From: Geosiphon pyriformis uo1
Taxonomy: Eukaryota > Fungi > Glomeromycota
Assembly (NCBI GenBank): GCA_016748015.1
Contig: JAAOMT010000301.1
Location: forward strand, 62,001-126,000
DNA length: 64,000 nt
Direction: 5' to 3'
Shown: positions 36,600 through 49,905 of the stretch, one piece after another
Layout: each line of letters opens with the position of its first letter
Position numbering within the stretch: position 1 is the first letter of the stretch
The notes under the pieces: generated by a model
What the model saw: only the letters and a program-made list of their open reading frames with translations
Database searches by the model: none
What the model was told of the DNA's origin: nothing
Position numbers and translations under genes: made by a program

Positions 36600-38881
36600 G
36601 TTAATTTATAGTTAATTTTAATTGGTTTTATATTAATAAAATTTTAAAAACTTTTTTTTATTTTATTTTTATAATTATAATCAGAACAAAGAATAAAAAA
36701 GTTTCAAACATTATTTTTCTTATAATAACTAATAAAATTTTAACAAAATAAAGTCTTTTTATTATTAAAACAGCTAAGCAGAATGTTTTAACAATGTTTT
36801 TTTTAAATATTAATAGTAAAAAGCTGTTTTTGACAATTTCTAAAGCATTTTTTTTATTTTTAACTGGTGGTTTTTTTTCAGTCAAAATTTTTTCTAAGAG
36901 ACATATTTAAATTAATTTTAGTATTGTTTTTATTCTCTTTAAAAGTCTTAAAATTTTCAATAATAGGCCAATTAACAAGCTGGTTTTTTTTATTTTTACT
37001 ATTAATACTATTATTATTATTTTACAAATAACCAAAAAGACTAAAAAATTAAAAAAACCACAATATTTACTTATATATATTATTGTTATACTAAATTTTT
37101 TTGTGGTTTTAAATAAAATTTTGAATAAAGTTTTTTTAATAATAATTAACTTTTTTCTAATATAAATAACAATAACAATAACATGTTTTCTAAAATAAAC
37201 CAAAATAAATTATTAACTGTATTGCTAAATGTAGTGTTTTTTAACAAATTATTGCTAATTTTAAAAACAAAACAACTTATTATATTATTTGATCTTAAAA
37301 ATTGAACTAATCATATAAAAACTAAATTTACTTTTGCTTTTTTGTTTTTTGGTATTGCTTTTAATAATATTTGAAAAATAATTTTTAGTTATTAAAAGTT
37401 TTTTAAGTGAATAGTTTTTATTTTAATATTTGGTTCTACTTTTAAAATTAAATTGGTCTTAATTAATTTTTTGTTTTATTTATTGCCTAGTTTTATTAAG
37501 CTTAAATTGGTTTTTAAAAACAATATTAAATTGTTCTGTATAAAATTTGTTTTTAAGATTTTTTTAATTGTAGTTTCTAGTGTTATTATTAGTAATTTTT
37601 TTCTTTGACCATATTTAAAATTACAAAATTTTTTGTAATAACTTCTGGTTTTTTTTTCATTTTTGTTGTATTCTATAATGTTTTTTTTGACATATTTATT
37701 AATAATATTAATAATATTTTTAGTGTTTTTAGTGTTGTTATTTCTGTTAAACTAAAGTTTATTGGTTTGTAGTAATATATTATTATTAATTTTAAAAACT
37801 TTTTTTTTGTTGCTGCTATTCTTAATAATTAATCTGTATTAATAAAAAAGGACAATATTTGGATTTTTTTTCTTTTTAAAAAGTTTTTTTAAAACCAAAT
37901 TGGTTAATCTTTTTTTTAGTTGTATTGTCTTTAAAATCAGTAATATAATTTTTTAAGTCAGTAGTTATATTTGCTTTATTTCTTATTTTTTAATTTTTAT
38001 TATTGTTAATATTTTGTTGTTATTACTTTTAAGTTTTATAAAATGCTGAAGCTTACTGTAGCTAAAACTAGTACTTTATATAAGTATTATATTTAATAAG
38101 AAACTTTTGAATACTGTTGCTATTATAGATATTAAAGTTTAAATTATTTATCTATTGGCTATAAAGTATTTTTTTTTCTGTTTTTCAAACTGCTTTTTAA
38201 GTTTGTAATTGGCTTTAAGTCTTTTGTATTATTTTTTGTTAATAGCAAGTCTTAGATTATAATTTTTGTTTTTGTGACTTCTTTTTTTGTTATTTTTTAG
38301 TTGTTTCTATTGTTAATTCTTTTATTAAATTTAAATTAAATTTCTTAAAGTCTTAAATTTTGAGTTTAGTTTTTTAGTTGTTTTAATTACTTTTTTTGTA
38401 TTTAAAAATATGTACAAAAATTATAAACTTAAAAAAAACTTGCTTACTATGCTTAATGCTTTCAAAAACTTTGGTTTTTTTTTAGCTAGTATGTTTAAGA
38501 ACTTTGCCAATTTTAAAGCTAAAATTGAATTTAGTAACATAAATATTGATAATATAAGTACTTTTAAAACATATCTTTTAAGCAAAAAAACATGTAATTA
38601 TATGATTGTTTTATAACAAATATGTAATATTAAAGTTAAAGATTGTATTAAAAAAACTAAACTGTTTTTTAGTAATTATATTTTTAATTTTCGAAATTTA
38701 AATAATATTATTAAAAAACTTAATAAATAGAATTTAATTCAGCTTGATTAGTGTTTTAACTGATTTAAGCAGTTGGTTATGTATAAAAAGCATATAAATC
38801 ATATCTAATTTAGGTCTTTTAGTTTAATATATTATATTAAATAATAGTTAGACATATTTTGTTAAAATATAATAAAAAAAA
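36600..38881 (+). mobile_element. Highly decayed ORF1-only non-LTR element (copy 1)
   Basis: Colinear with 52502-54950 (KRH.WI..S, W.VL..KD.IWIF, CCHC remnant); ends in a LINE-type 3' tail and A-tract at ~38750-38881. 5' boundary approximate. Confidence 0.6.
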
Positions 38882-38899
38882 TTGGTTTTTTTAAAATCT

Positions 38900-40120
38900 G
38901 AATTAACTATATTAGTTTTATTAATCAAATTTATTATTAAGTCTATTAGTGTTTTAATTGTTTTAATTATTAAATTACTTAATGTTTTTTTTATTTTATA
39001 TATTAAATTAAAAAATATTGTATTGTAATTAAAAAAAATTAATATCTTTAAAGATAAATTATATAAGTTGTATAAAAAAATTAGTAAACTAAAAACAAAA
39101 TATAGTATTAAAAATAATAATAAAATATTATTAATATAATAGTTTTTTAAAAGCTTTAAGTTTTTAAAGTTAAGTTTAATATAAATAATAATATTAAATA
39201 AATAAATAAAATAATTAAAAATTATTATATTTTAATTGTTTTTATACACAAAATATTTTTATAAAGTAAGTTTTTTTAAAATTAATATAATTTAGTTAAA
39301 AATAGATTTATATTTAATTATATATAAAAAACACATAAATTATATTTAATTTAGAATTAACAATAATTATATTATATTAGATAATAATTAAATTTTTTAT
39401 ATTAAATTTATAAAAAAAATAATTAAATATTTTAATTATTAAAAAAACATTATTGTTGGTTTTAAATAACCAAAAAAATCAAAAAACAATTTAAAAAAAT
39501 GTTTAATCTTTTTAAAGTATTTTTTATAAATTAAAACATGTTTTTTTTTGAAAAAAAAAACATTGGTTTTTTGGTATTTTTATTAATTTTTATTACAATA
39601 GTAGTAATTACAATATTTAATTTTATTAAAATTTTAGAATCAAAAAATATAAAAAAGAAATTAAATTATAATTAAATAAATTTATTAAGAATATTAAGTA
39701 TTAAATTATTGTATTAATAAGATAAAACATAGAATTTGTTTTTTTTTGTTTAATTTAAAATAGTTTTAATTATCTTAAATAATTTAATTACATAATTTAT
39801 ATAACATAATTCAGATTTAATATGTAATAATTAAATTGTATAAAATAAGTTATAGCTAAATTACACTTGTAAAACATTGAATAATTTAATATTAAGCATA
39901 ATAAAATAAATATAAATACAAATTTTTTATAATATTAATAAAATTGAATTGCAAAAAACAAATATTTAATTTGGGTTTATTTTTTAATTTTAATTTGTTA
40001 TTAATAAGCTAAAATATATTTATTAATATTAAAAAAATATTGTTATTTAATAAAAAAATCAATAATAATAACTTAAATTAACATAAATTATATATAAGAG
40101 TAATAATTTATATTCAAAAC
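38900..40120. other. Extremely AT-rich tract, probable terminally mutated TE relic
   Basis: Almost no G/C and no credible ORF; abrupt switch to CpG-containing DNA at ~40.1 kb. Confidence 0.5.
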
Positions 40121-40619
40121 TAGAATCGTGTTTTATATTATACAGAAAAAAATATATAAAGATTTACATAACAAGCAGTTTAAATTGTTATTAAAAATAA
40201 CAAAATTCAAGCTGATTAGAAATCATCACGTGGAAACTTAATAATGTTAATTAAACAAAAAATTTCTTTTTTGTTAATGAAAAATCGAATAAGCATACGA
40301 TTCACACTATATTATTAGATCATTTGAATGGCTATACTAAGATTCTAGCAAAATTTTAGTGATCGCAGAATTTGAGAAGGCCAAAATTTACATCCTTATT
40401 TCTATTGTGCTTAACGAAATAAATAATATGCCAAAGACTTCATCCTTCGCAATGATTCCCAAAGTCCAACTATTCATATAGAATACAATCAACTGTACAT
40501 ATTCACAAGGCTCAATATACATGATTACAGCAAATAAAAATCTAAGCGATATTTATTCGCACGAAAGATATGATTTCATTGTGAAACCTGTTCAAGATGT
40601 TTTCTTCATGCTGTCTACT

Positions 40620-42227
40620 TTATAGCAAGTTTTCCTCACGGTTGCCCAGTCGAGTGATCTTGACATATGCATCGGTTCCATAGCCATTCATGGTGAATAT
40701 TTTCATACCGCCACCCCAATATTCGGCATAAACTTTGCTCATTGGCAGCCCAATTCCCAAATGCAATAAAGGCGGAATTGATTCTTGCTCTTGGACTGTC
40801 CCTGCCATTTTTGGTACTTTATCGAAATTAACAAATTTATTATTGAGTGACGGAGTATTATCACCACTTTTATGTGCCGAAGAAAAAGACCATAAATTCG
40901 AATAGATCTCGTCCGGGATACCGCCACCTTGATCGGACACACGAAAATAGATGTCGTTAGAGCCTGAACAAACAGTTACTGTGATCGGTGGCAAAGATGA
41001 AGACATTTGCGATAATTTTGAGGATGATAACTCTCTTATTGATACGCAATCATTAGTTGCCTGTCGCGATATTAATGGGGAATACTTCTCAATAACGCTA
41101 CGTATTGAATTCTTTAAAAGTTCACATAATATATATTCTATGTGATCAGGTATATAAGCAAATGTAGTATCTACATGTCCATCAATTAATACTTCAGGTG
41201 CCGGAATGCCGTAAGTTTTTTGATACAACTTCTGTGTAATTGACACAACCTTCTTAATAATATCTTTTGCATGGCATTGAGTTGATACAACTCCGATGTA
41301 TCCATCATTAATGATATCTTCCCTATATCCTGAGTCATGCCAATTCTCTGTCAATGCAATTTGCTGTTCGGCCAATACTCTTCGTGACAACCGGGATCTC
41401 AGCATCTTATTCATGAAAAGATCTATTTGTTCCGGAGGGATATGTTGAGAACACTCCATCATTCCCATAGCCAGTTGTGGTATCACAACAAGATGCTCTT
41501 TCAGCAGTTCTTTGACAGTTGTGCAAAACGAAACATTATCTTCCATGGTTTGAATTTGAGGGAACCGGCGGAGTTTTTCGAATGCTGACCAATATAGATC
41601 GTAAACCATTGCAATATGTGGATTAGTACCTACAATAAATGGGAGATTCTGAAAATCACGAATCCGATGTGCTAAACGTATGGGTAGCTCTGTCCGAACG
41701 TAATTTCCGCTCTGTAGCAGACGATCCTCAGTCAAATTCCGACCAAAAAATGCTAATTGACGAAGGGTTATGGCATTCACAGATTGTGTAACGTATTGAT
41801 CAAGAATTCGATTTTGATAGAAATGTTGTGGGGAATAAACTAGCCTTTGTCCCTGAGGCAATGACTTACTCGTACCAGTATTAAAAGTGGAAGTTTGTTT
41901 TGCGACTTTTATTAATGCAGAAGGCGGGAATACGATTCTTACATGTGGAGTGAGAGAAGCGAACTGAATGGGTCCGCTGAAAACTGTGGCAGCTGAGGCT
42001 TTCAACGGCTTAGGTGATGTTGGGCTAATAGGAATTGCCGAAGACGAAGAAACCGTCGTATTTGTCTGCCTTTCGGCTGTATTTTGTACGCGAGTTGTTA
42101 AGGGTGAAAACAAATTAGAAGCATTTCGAGAATGCTTCAGTTGTATAAAGGAATGCGGAGCTGCGTTCGTTGGCTGAGATATGTTTTTTCTTGGGGAACG
42201 AGAAGCACACCAGTGTAACGAATGCAT
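40620..42227 (-). CDS. Mitochondrial alpha-ketoacid dehydrogenase kinase (PDK/BCKDK family), intronless, 535 aa
   Basis: ELPIRLAHRIRDFQNLP, RSRLSRRVLAEQ, ELLKNS, SDQGGGI, GIGLPMSKVYAEYWGG, GYGTD; basic Ser-rich N-terminus like a presequence. Confidence 0.92.
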   Translation of the reverse strand: MHSLHWCASRSPRKNISQPTNAAPHSFIQLKHSRNASNLFSPLTTRVQNTAERQTNTTVSSSSAIPISPTSPKPLKASAATVFSGPIQFASLTPHVRIVFPPSALIKVAKQTSTFNTGTSKSLPQGQRLVYSPQHFYQNRILDQYVTQSVNAITLRQLAFFGRNLTEDRLLQSGNYVRTELPIRLAHRIRDFQNLPFIVGTNPHIAMVYDLYWSAFEKLRRFPQIQTMEDNVSFCTTVKELLKEHLVVIPQLAMGMMECSQHIPPEQIDLFMNKMLRSRLSRRVLAEQQIALTENWHDSGYREDIINDGYIGVVSTQCHAKDIIKKVVSITQKLYQKTYGIPAPEVLIDGHVDTTFAYIPDHIEYILCELLKNSIRSVIEKYSPLISRQATNDCVSIRELSSSKLSQMSSSLPPITVTVCSGSNDIYFRVSDQGGGIPDEIYSNLWSFSSAHKSGDNTPSLNNKFVNFDKVPKMAGTVQEQESIPPLLHLGIGLPMSKVYAEYWGGGMKIFTMNGYGTDAYVKITRLGNREENLL

Positions 42228-42440
42228 CTTTACTAGATTAAATTTTAAGCTTTAGACTTCAGAAGTTAAGTTCAGAATGACCAAATTGCCACGTTCTCGG
42301 AATTGAGAGTATTTTTTTCCTCATAACGCATAGAGGATAGACTCTTGAAAATGATTGGAAAATATTCGAGATTTATGTATTTCGTGAAAATTAATGTTAA
42401 TAATTGTGGCAATACATTTATTAATTTAATATTATGTAAA

Positions 42441-45400
42441 TTACAAAATTTCCATATTTTTTGTAACATTCGGCTCTTTATCGCCACTTTTCTTGACTTT
42501 TCCATCTAAGCCACCATCCCATAGGGTGGTAGTATTCCATTTGGGAAAGACTCTCTTATAAAGATTCATCATCACTGTGTCTTGTTGTTTAATGGGTGAG
42601 TCAAATACACATTTCATGTAACCATGGGTACCCAATGACTCACGGATATGACCAATGCGGCCATGCTTCGTTTTAAGCTGCACGGGTTTAAACCATGCTA
42701 CGTCATCTTTTTTAAATAGAAATATGCAGCGTCAAATTAAATTTATTGCCATCATAGTCAAATACAATTATGAAATAAACAAGTTTACCAGGATTGAAGA
42801 ACATATAGCGGACAACAGCGGATTTTTTGTGCACTTTGAAGGGGTATCCGGTAAGACAAATACGTTTCGCAATAATACGCTTCGGATCAGCATTGTGAAA
42901 GAAGCCAGTGGCAACCAATATGGGAGCTGAAGTGATGGTTCAAGTGTGAAGCAAGGTTTCTGATTTATATTTTCGATTACAAAATTATAGCACTTACCAT
43001 TAACATCTCCAGTGTCTTTAAACAGCATAACGGGCAAACTGCCGAAATGAATCGGGCCATAGATTGTGGCTATGCATGTGCGCCCTATATTAAAGAATCT
43101 CTCAAATTTATGGACATTGTTGGTTCCCTTGCCACCACGCGTATTTTGTGAATATAGCGGGTGAACTACATATCGTCTGAAACCACAATGAAGGATAAGA
43201 GGATCCTTGAAGTGGAAAAAAGGTATAAAGGAAGGCAATGATATGTTAGATGTTTATATGTAAATCTCAGGATACAAATTACCTTGGATTTGACAGGTTC
43301 AATATATTCACTGTTTCTGGTAACTGAAAAATTCAGAACAGACACTCTATGTTCATACTGAAGCAGACCGAATATAATAAATGGTCGTGTAGGATCATAA
43401 CTTTCAGCAACCTTTTTTGGTACATTGGCAATATACAGTGTTATGTGCTGGCCAGTCTTGACGGCACCAAGGTTTGCCTCGTTCATAACCCGATTACTTG
43501 TCCTTTTATAATTCTCAAATTGAAAAATTCGCCCATAGTCGATCGGTAAATTTTCAAAAGGATCCCACGGTGACTTTCGAAAGTTCTGTAAGCCACGATA
43601 TCGTTGAAAACGTATTCTCGCGGGAATTTGAAGAGGTGTATCCACCTCATCGGGAAATTCTAAATCTTCGCGTTGTTGCTTTTCACGAGTTGCCATATAT
43701 TCTTGTAGTCTACCCAAATAGCACAATGATTTTAATATACAAAATTAGTAAAGGAAATAAAATCTTCGTATCATGGCATACTGTTGTTCTTCCTCCTCTG
43801 GTTCCAAATATGCGATCGATAAGCTTTTTTTATCATCCAATTCAACATCTTCGTATTCTTCCTCGTCAATATGAGATCTACCTTCTTCGGTATCATCATC
43901 ATCATCATATTTCATTTCTTGGTCGCTGTCTTCAGATTCCCCCTCGGATTCCGAATTAAAAATCCAGGCCGCTTGATATGATGATGTGCCTTTAGGGACA
44001 CGCTTTAATGATTTTTTAGCTTTAACCTCCAATTGTGCATCGCGAATATTTTCAGGCTTTTTAGACTGAGATCGAGCTTCAGGAAATATATATTATGTAG
44101 TGAATAATTTAAAATTTTATTAAGATTATCGAATATTTTGACCAACCCTTATTTTCCTCCAGCTCTTCTTGAGTGGGCCATGTCTGCTCGTTAGCCATAA
44201 AATCAGGTTCATTTTCAGCGATCAAGCTTTCCTATATGCAGTCCAAATGTATTAGAAAGTAGTTCTATTATAGTATATGATGAAATTTAATCACTGACCA
44301 TTTGATCTGGATTTGGAACATCAAGCACTTCAGGATCTATAACCTAATTAACACGATAAATAAATGCATTTAGTTGGATAGTTTGTATCAAGAGATTTTA
44401 TAGTAGAGCATACCATTTCAGAAGCGTTGACCTTTTGATCACATGATGTAGCACACGATATAATCTATAATTGCATAATATAAATATCGTATCAATATAT
44501 ATAAAGGCTAATTTTAAATTTTCTAGAATCTGACCTGTTTTAATTGAAAATCTCCAAAGTTTTGTAAGTGAACCAAGCGATTTGCAGAGAAGGGCACTCC
44601 TCGCGCGTAACCTGTAACTTGAAGAGTTCCTACATTCTATGTTCAATTCACATTATTTAATCAAAGGCTAACATTTTAAAGGGATACATCAAGTGGAAGT
44701 TTTTATCCCACCATATCTTCAGCACTCGCTTCAAAGGCAAGTTCCTCGGCCAACATATATGGGTGAGTATCTCTACCGGAAACTGCCTTAGGTCGCTGCG
44801 TGCATATTATCCTTAAAATATTTAGCGCTTCCTTTATTTGAGGTCAAGATAAGAGGATAAAGAAGTTTAGTTAAATAGGTGAGGCATCTGTTTAACCATG
44901 ACGCGATAAGGTGGGTACCTGTGGAACATCAACAGCATGAACTTTTTCCTCATCCGGGAAGAAATAATTCATAAAGCTCAATAATGACTTTTTTGAATCA
45001 TTTCGCTTTTTCGGTGGTACTACTTGAAGATTCTTTAAATCGGAATGAGAAACCATATTTAAGGATTTATCAGTTATAAAAAAGTAAAAAAGCTTCGTAA
45101 TTTACCATCACAATTGGTATGACAGATGGGGCTCCTTGTGCCTGAATTCCCTTCAAACAGCGTTCACCAAATTCATCTACCTCCACTTCAGCAGACATTA
45201 CAAATATGGCGAAATCGGCGGCTTTGCAGGCATCCATAATGTCGATAAAGTTACGATCCAATAGGATGAATTGGATTTTTTGTTTAAATCGTTCAGCTCT
45301 AGGCAATTTCATCCGCAATTATTAATACTAATCAAAGTGCTGAAGGTATTGCAAGAGTTGCAAGACCCACTTTAACATAGTGATTCCTTTCGTGACAAGA

Positions 45401-45898
45401 GGTGGAGATTTATCGATAGTGGCGAAGATTTTCGTGATCACATCATACGCATTCACATCAGTACATAAAGGAATGATAGCCTAAAAATGAGAATCCAAGA
45501 TAAAGTAAATATAAAAAAAGGAGAAACACAGAAAGCTATATTTGAAACTCGTTATCTACCACACACTTTGGGGCTCCACCTCGCCCCTCAAAAAATCTAT
45601 TTGCTTTGATCAACTCCTCTCGTCTTTTCAGCTGGAGTTGTTTAGCGGCGTTACGACGGTCTGATTTAGAAGAGATAGCTTTGACTTGAAATTTAGGCGA
45701 CTTACGCTGAATTTTACCTAGAATCGAGTTTCAGGCGGCTTTTAATCCATAGGCAAAATTTGAATTTCAAAGTTCAAGATTTTTACTTTTAGTCTTATCT
45801 TTCAGGGTACTTTTGGTTGCAAATTTAGACTTAAAAGGCTTATTTGTTTGTTTTAGGGCCGGTGAGGCTCGATGGTGAAATGGTTTTTCTACAGGCAT
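42441..45898 (-). CDS. TSR1: Pre-40S ribosome biogenesis factor Tsr1 (multi-exon)
   Basis: N-term [18 protein letters not shown]; [20 protein letters not shown]; VRYMFFNP; [24 protein letters not shown]; GT-AG introns. Confidence 0.95.
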
Positions 45899-46035
45899 TT
45901 ATGTGTTATTTTCTTCATATAATCAATTCAAAGAAAAGTATCAACAAAAAAATTTTTTGATCAAGCATCAATTTAAAAATTTGTCTAGAAACCCAAATAA
46001 TTGGTTTGCCAGAGAATTTTCTTGAGCAACCAAAA

Positions 46036-46624
46036 ATGACTGAACCACAGTCTACAGAATTAGACCTTGATGATCTACTTCAATTAGAAAATATGTAATT
46101 CTTACAAGTTATTCGCGTTTTTCTTATATTGAAACACACTTTAGCATTCACAAATCTTCAGGTTTCTCGATCAAGGTCGGGAAGATGGTCTTCGTGACGG
46201 AAAACCCAGTGGTATAATTGAGGGTCGGATACTCGGCTCCAAACATGGTTTTCAACTAGCCCAAGAGATTGGATTCTATAATGGAGTTGCCGAAACGTGG
46301 ACTCACTTAATACAACAGAATCCCAAGGTGGAATGCAAAGGATTTAATGAGCGGTAGGCTATCCGCCTTCCTAATTTAAAGTGTGCCAAATTCTTTCCTA
46401 TCTATTAATCTATCTTATTACCCATACTTTTTTTCAGAACAGTTAAACACCTTAATTCGCTCCGCGAGCTTATATCCCAATTTCCCATAGAGAACAAGCA
46501 TACAGTTGAGGTGCCTGAACTATTGGAACGGATTCGTGCCAAATATAAGGTTGTTATATCGCTTTTATGCATTAGCAAGAACTCGCAGAAATTTCAAGAC
46601 ACAGGTGGAAAGATTTCATACTAG
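46036..46624 (+). CDS. LTO1: Lto1/ORAOV1 homolog (Yae1_N family); exons 46036-46094, 46162-46353, 46438-46624; ~145 aa
   Basis: Manual splicing gives DDLLQLENMFLDQGREDGLRDG..GIIEGRILG..GFQLAQEIGFYNG..W..FPIEN..LERIRAKYK (GX3 repeat). Absent from the ORF track. Confidence 0.88.
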
Positions 46625-46679
46625 GTTAACCCTTAAAGACCCTTTAATAAAAGTACAAAAATATGAGCTCAGACCTTTT

Positions 46680-49359
46680 CTAACTCTCTCCTGCAATCGC
46701 TCGACCTTCACTTAACCACCACTTAATCCCTGTCTCTTTCTTTGTATAATCTAAACCTGTACTCAATGAATCAAATAGAGCTTTCTGTAAGGCAAGTCTG
46801 GCAATTCCATATGGTTCAACTTCTATAAAGCTCTTAATTTTTGCTAGTAAAACCTCGAGGAAAATGAGGTTGACTGTTCCAATTTGGTCTATTAATGTAA
46901 GTAACAAATGCCCACGTCGAAGATGAAGAGCAGCTTCAACAATATTTTTCTCGTTAGTTGACTCCTCACCTTGAGGCTTTGATTCAGAAAGGGAATATGA
47001 AGATGAAAAAATAGATGTTGCGTTTTCGGGCTTTGATTGATCTAAGTCACGCTGGGCCGACAATACTTTTTGAGGCAAATCCGTGACAGTTTTTGTCGTG
47101 AAGGGCGAAATGCCTTCTATTTTCTTTAAGAGGTTTTCCAGACAGTACCAGACAGTGGTATTGTCGATATCTGACAATGACGCAATAAGAGTGGTATAAG
47201 CTGCCCTAAGTTGTTCAATCGATAAGAAATCGGGATAACCCTTTATGTGAAAGCATCAAGTTTAGTGGAGTTAATAGGACCTTAAAAGAGAACGTTTGAA
47301 ATATTTTTTACCTCGAGCAACAAATTCGAATAAAAAGGACTGAATTCTTTGGTGACACGCTTTTTAGTGGATAATATAGCCAGTACTGTTGAATGCGAAG
47401 ATTCAAACAAGTTGATGTCAGAGGTGTCTTTTAGATATCTTTTGATCATGGTCACAGTTTAGTAAGAAATTTTTTAAACAGTTTTACAATTCATTATGAG
47501 CATTTGATGAAAAAGGATACGGGTGTAAGGTCGGCAACACTTCTTTCTCGACTGTCTCGTCCTCCAATACTTCCATGACTTTCTCAGTTACAATGAGATA
47601 GAAAACTAAGCGAGTTTTCTGCGTCGAATTTTCTCCAATAGCAGGAACTAATGTTTTAACAACACGGTTGCAAGCCTCCGGAATTTCCATTAATTGATCC
47701 AGTACTGCAAATAAAACATATTTGTACGCAGAAAACCCGTATAAATCGAATTGGATCGCAATAAAGTAAAGGTGAGAATATGTGTTTAATAAGAGAGCCT
47801 TATCTATTGAAATAAGCAGAGTGGGTTAAAAGTTCTAGTAAATAGTCCTCTCAAAACGGGGAAATAAAATATTACCCTCAGTATCCCAATATCCAAATTT
47901 CAAAAATGAAAGCTGGACAATCTTTTTGTAAATCATAGTAACTGTAAAGATAATGGTTTTGAAAACTGACCATAACAGCGGGGTGGCTTGTTTTGTTTCG
48001 CTTTCTGATTCACATCAAATCAAATATTTAACGATTTGGTATTTTCAAGGAATTGATATTTTGATGAAGAATAAAACCTATTAATTCCTCTTTGTGGAAC
48101 CGACTCAGTGGGCAATTTTCCCATTCAAAGTATAAAGTAGTGGCAAATTCATTGAACCTATATATAATATCCAAAAAATTTTAGGTATCTTGTCAAAAAA
48201 AAATTATAGGAGGGTAAATACCTTTCAACCAGCCGTTTGACATCTTTGTTATCCAATATGTTGATTAGTTTAGAAACTGCTCGTGATATTGACCCCATTT
48301 CATTAAAAAGCGGATGCTTACTTTGGAGTTCAAGATCTTTATAAGATTGTGAAAATTTCTGTGGAAAAGGAGTCATTTTTGACAGGATTCAAATGGGAAA
48401 ACAGTTGAGCCAAAACAAATGTCAGTTCTTACAGTCCATTTGAAATCGGGTTTCGAATTTATCTCTTTGGTGATAGCTGAAAGGAATTTCCCATTATTGA
48501 AAGTATGCGGGCTACTGGTTATGACCACTGTTAGAAGATCTAATAATTTGGTCTTCAGATTTACGCACACGAATTTAATAGTTCATGGAGAGAAAACTAA
48601 TCAATATATAGTTGATTAATTCTTGGTATCTAACCTTTTTCTTTAAATAAGACATTTGCCATTTAGGAATATACGGAAAGCATCGACCGCAAAGAAAGGT
48701 AATCGTTTCAACGTGGGGATCTGAACCAACAATTTATGATCAATATAATTGAAGATTGGAATTAAATAATGTTTCAATAAAAGCCAGAGAAATCAAACCT
48801 TCAAGTTTTGTATCAAGAGCGGTATCAAGGCCATTCAAAAATGCTTTCTCAACTTCGCTAATGAGTTCGCCAAACATGCCCCTTTTGGCATTGGATTTAT
48901 GTAGTTGATATCCTTTACTGTCAATTGAATAGATTAGGTTAATTTAAAAGCTGGAAATGCTTCCAAACACTATAGCTAACCTACTCAAAAAACTACCTAC
49001 AGAAAGCCGCCAGCACTAACGACACCAAGAAAACCTTCATTGCGGAAAGTTTGGAGCAAAGTTTTCACCCAATCAGCCTTTTCTTTGTTTGGCGACTCTT
49101 TTGTCGCGAGCTTGGCTGTAGCAACGTTCACAAAAAGAAAAAAAATGCGAAACCCTGCTTCGAGTGTGTAGGCTTTTCCAGACTGACTCTCAGAAGAAAG
49201 AAAATCATGAGCTAGGTCATGCAAGTAGGAGTGGTCAAGAGATGGACGTAAAAGCAATTTGGCTACACTTGAATGGGGCCCATTGAATGCCCTTGTATAA
49301 GGGTCGTTTTGTTGTCTGGATAAATTTGCCATACTATTGGAATTATTGGCGGTTCCCAT
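46680..49359 (-). CDS. PEX8: Peroxin Pex8-like protein (multi-exon)
   Basis: LFESSHSTVLAI, LSIEQLRAAYTTL, RGHLLLTLIDQ, GLDYTKKETGIKWW resemble non-ascomycete fungal Pex8; start codon uncertain. Confidence 0.72.
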
Positions 49360-49793
49360 TCCCAGCTTTTTAATAGTGAACTATTGCTAGGTTCGCGAAT
49401 TATTTGATTGTCCATTCTTTATGTTGATTAATAGACGAAGATAATCAGACTCATGTGTTCCAAGCTATAAATAAAACCAAGTCTTTTTATATTACTTCAA
49501 TAACGCTGTACCCGAAAATTCATGAGGCTCTACATCCGGAACACCAATCTCAACAAATAATGAAAAACATGAGTTTCAAAAGATAAACTCCCGAAATTCT
49601 CACATGGCGAAGCAAATAATACACCCTTACTTGGGGAACCCATATTTTTCGGTTGTTACTATGTACCAGAAACCGGATGTCACGCCCTAAATAAAAAAGA
49701 ACCAAAAAACAGATTGCCTATATTGTCGCCAAATTTTCCGGACCCGCCGAAAGTTGGGCCGCTGATAAAAATTCCCCCAAATGACAACAGGAC

Positions 49794-49905
49794 AAGTGTA
49801 TAGTAATAGCCTTGGCCGGTTTGAGTGGCTGGTCACATGTAGTTAAGAACACTTAGTCTGTTTTTGTATACTAGACAGTGATTGGACCACACTTGTTAAA
49901 AAAAA
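49794..49905 (+). mobile_element. Short non-LTR 3' tail remnant
   Basis: aagtgtatag..gagtggctggtcacatgtag..gtgattggaccacac..A8 is homologous to the tails at 51111-51252 and 52502-52640. Confidence 0.55.
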
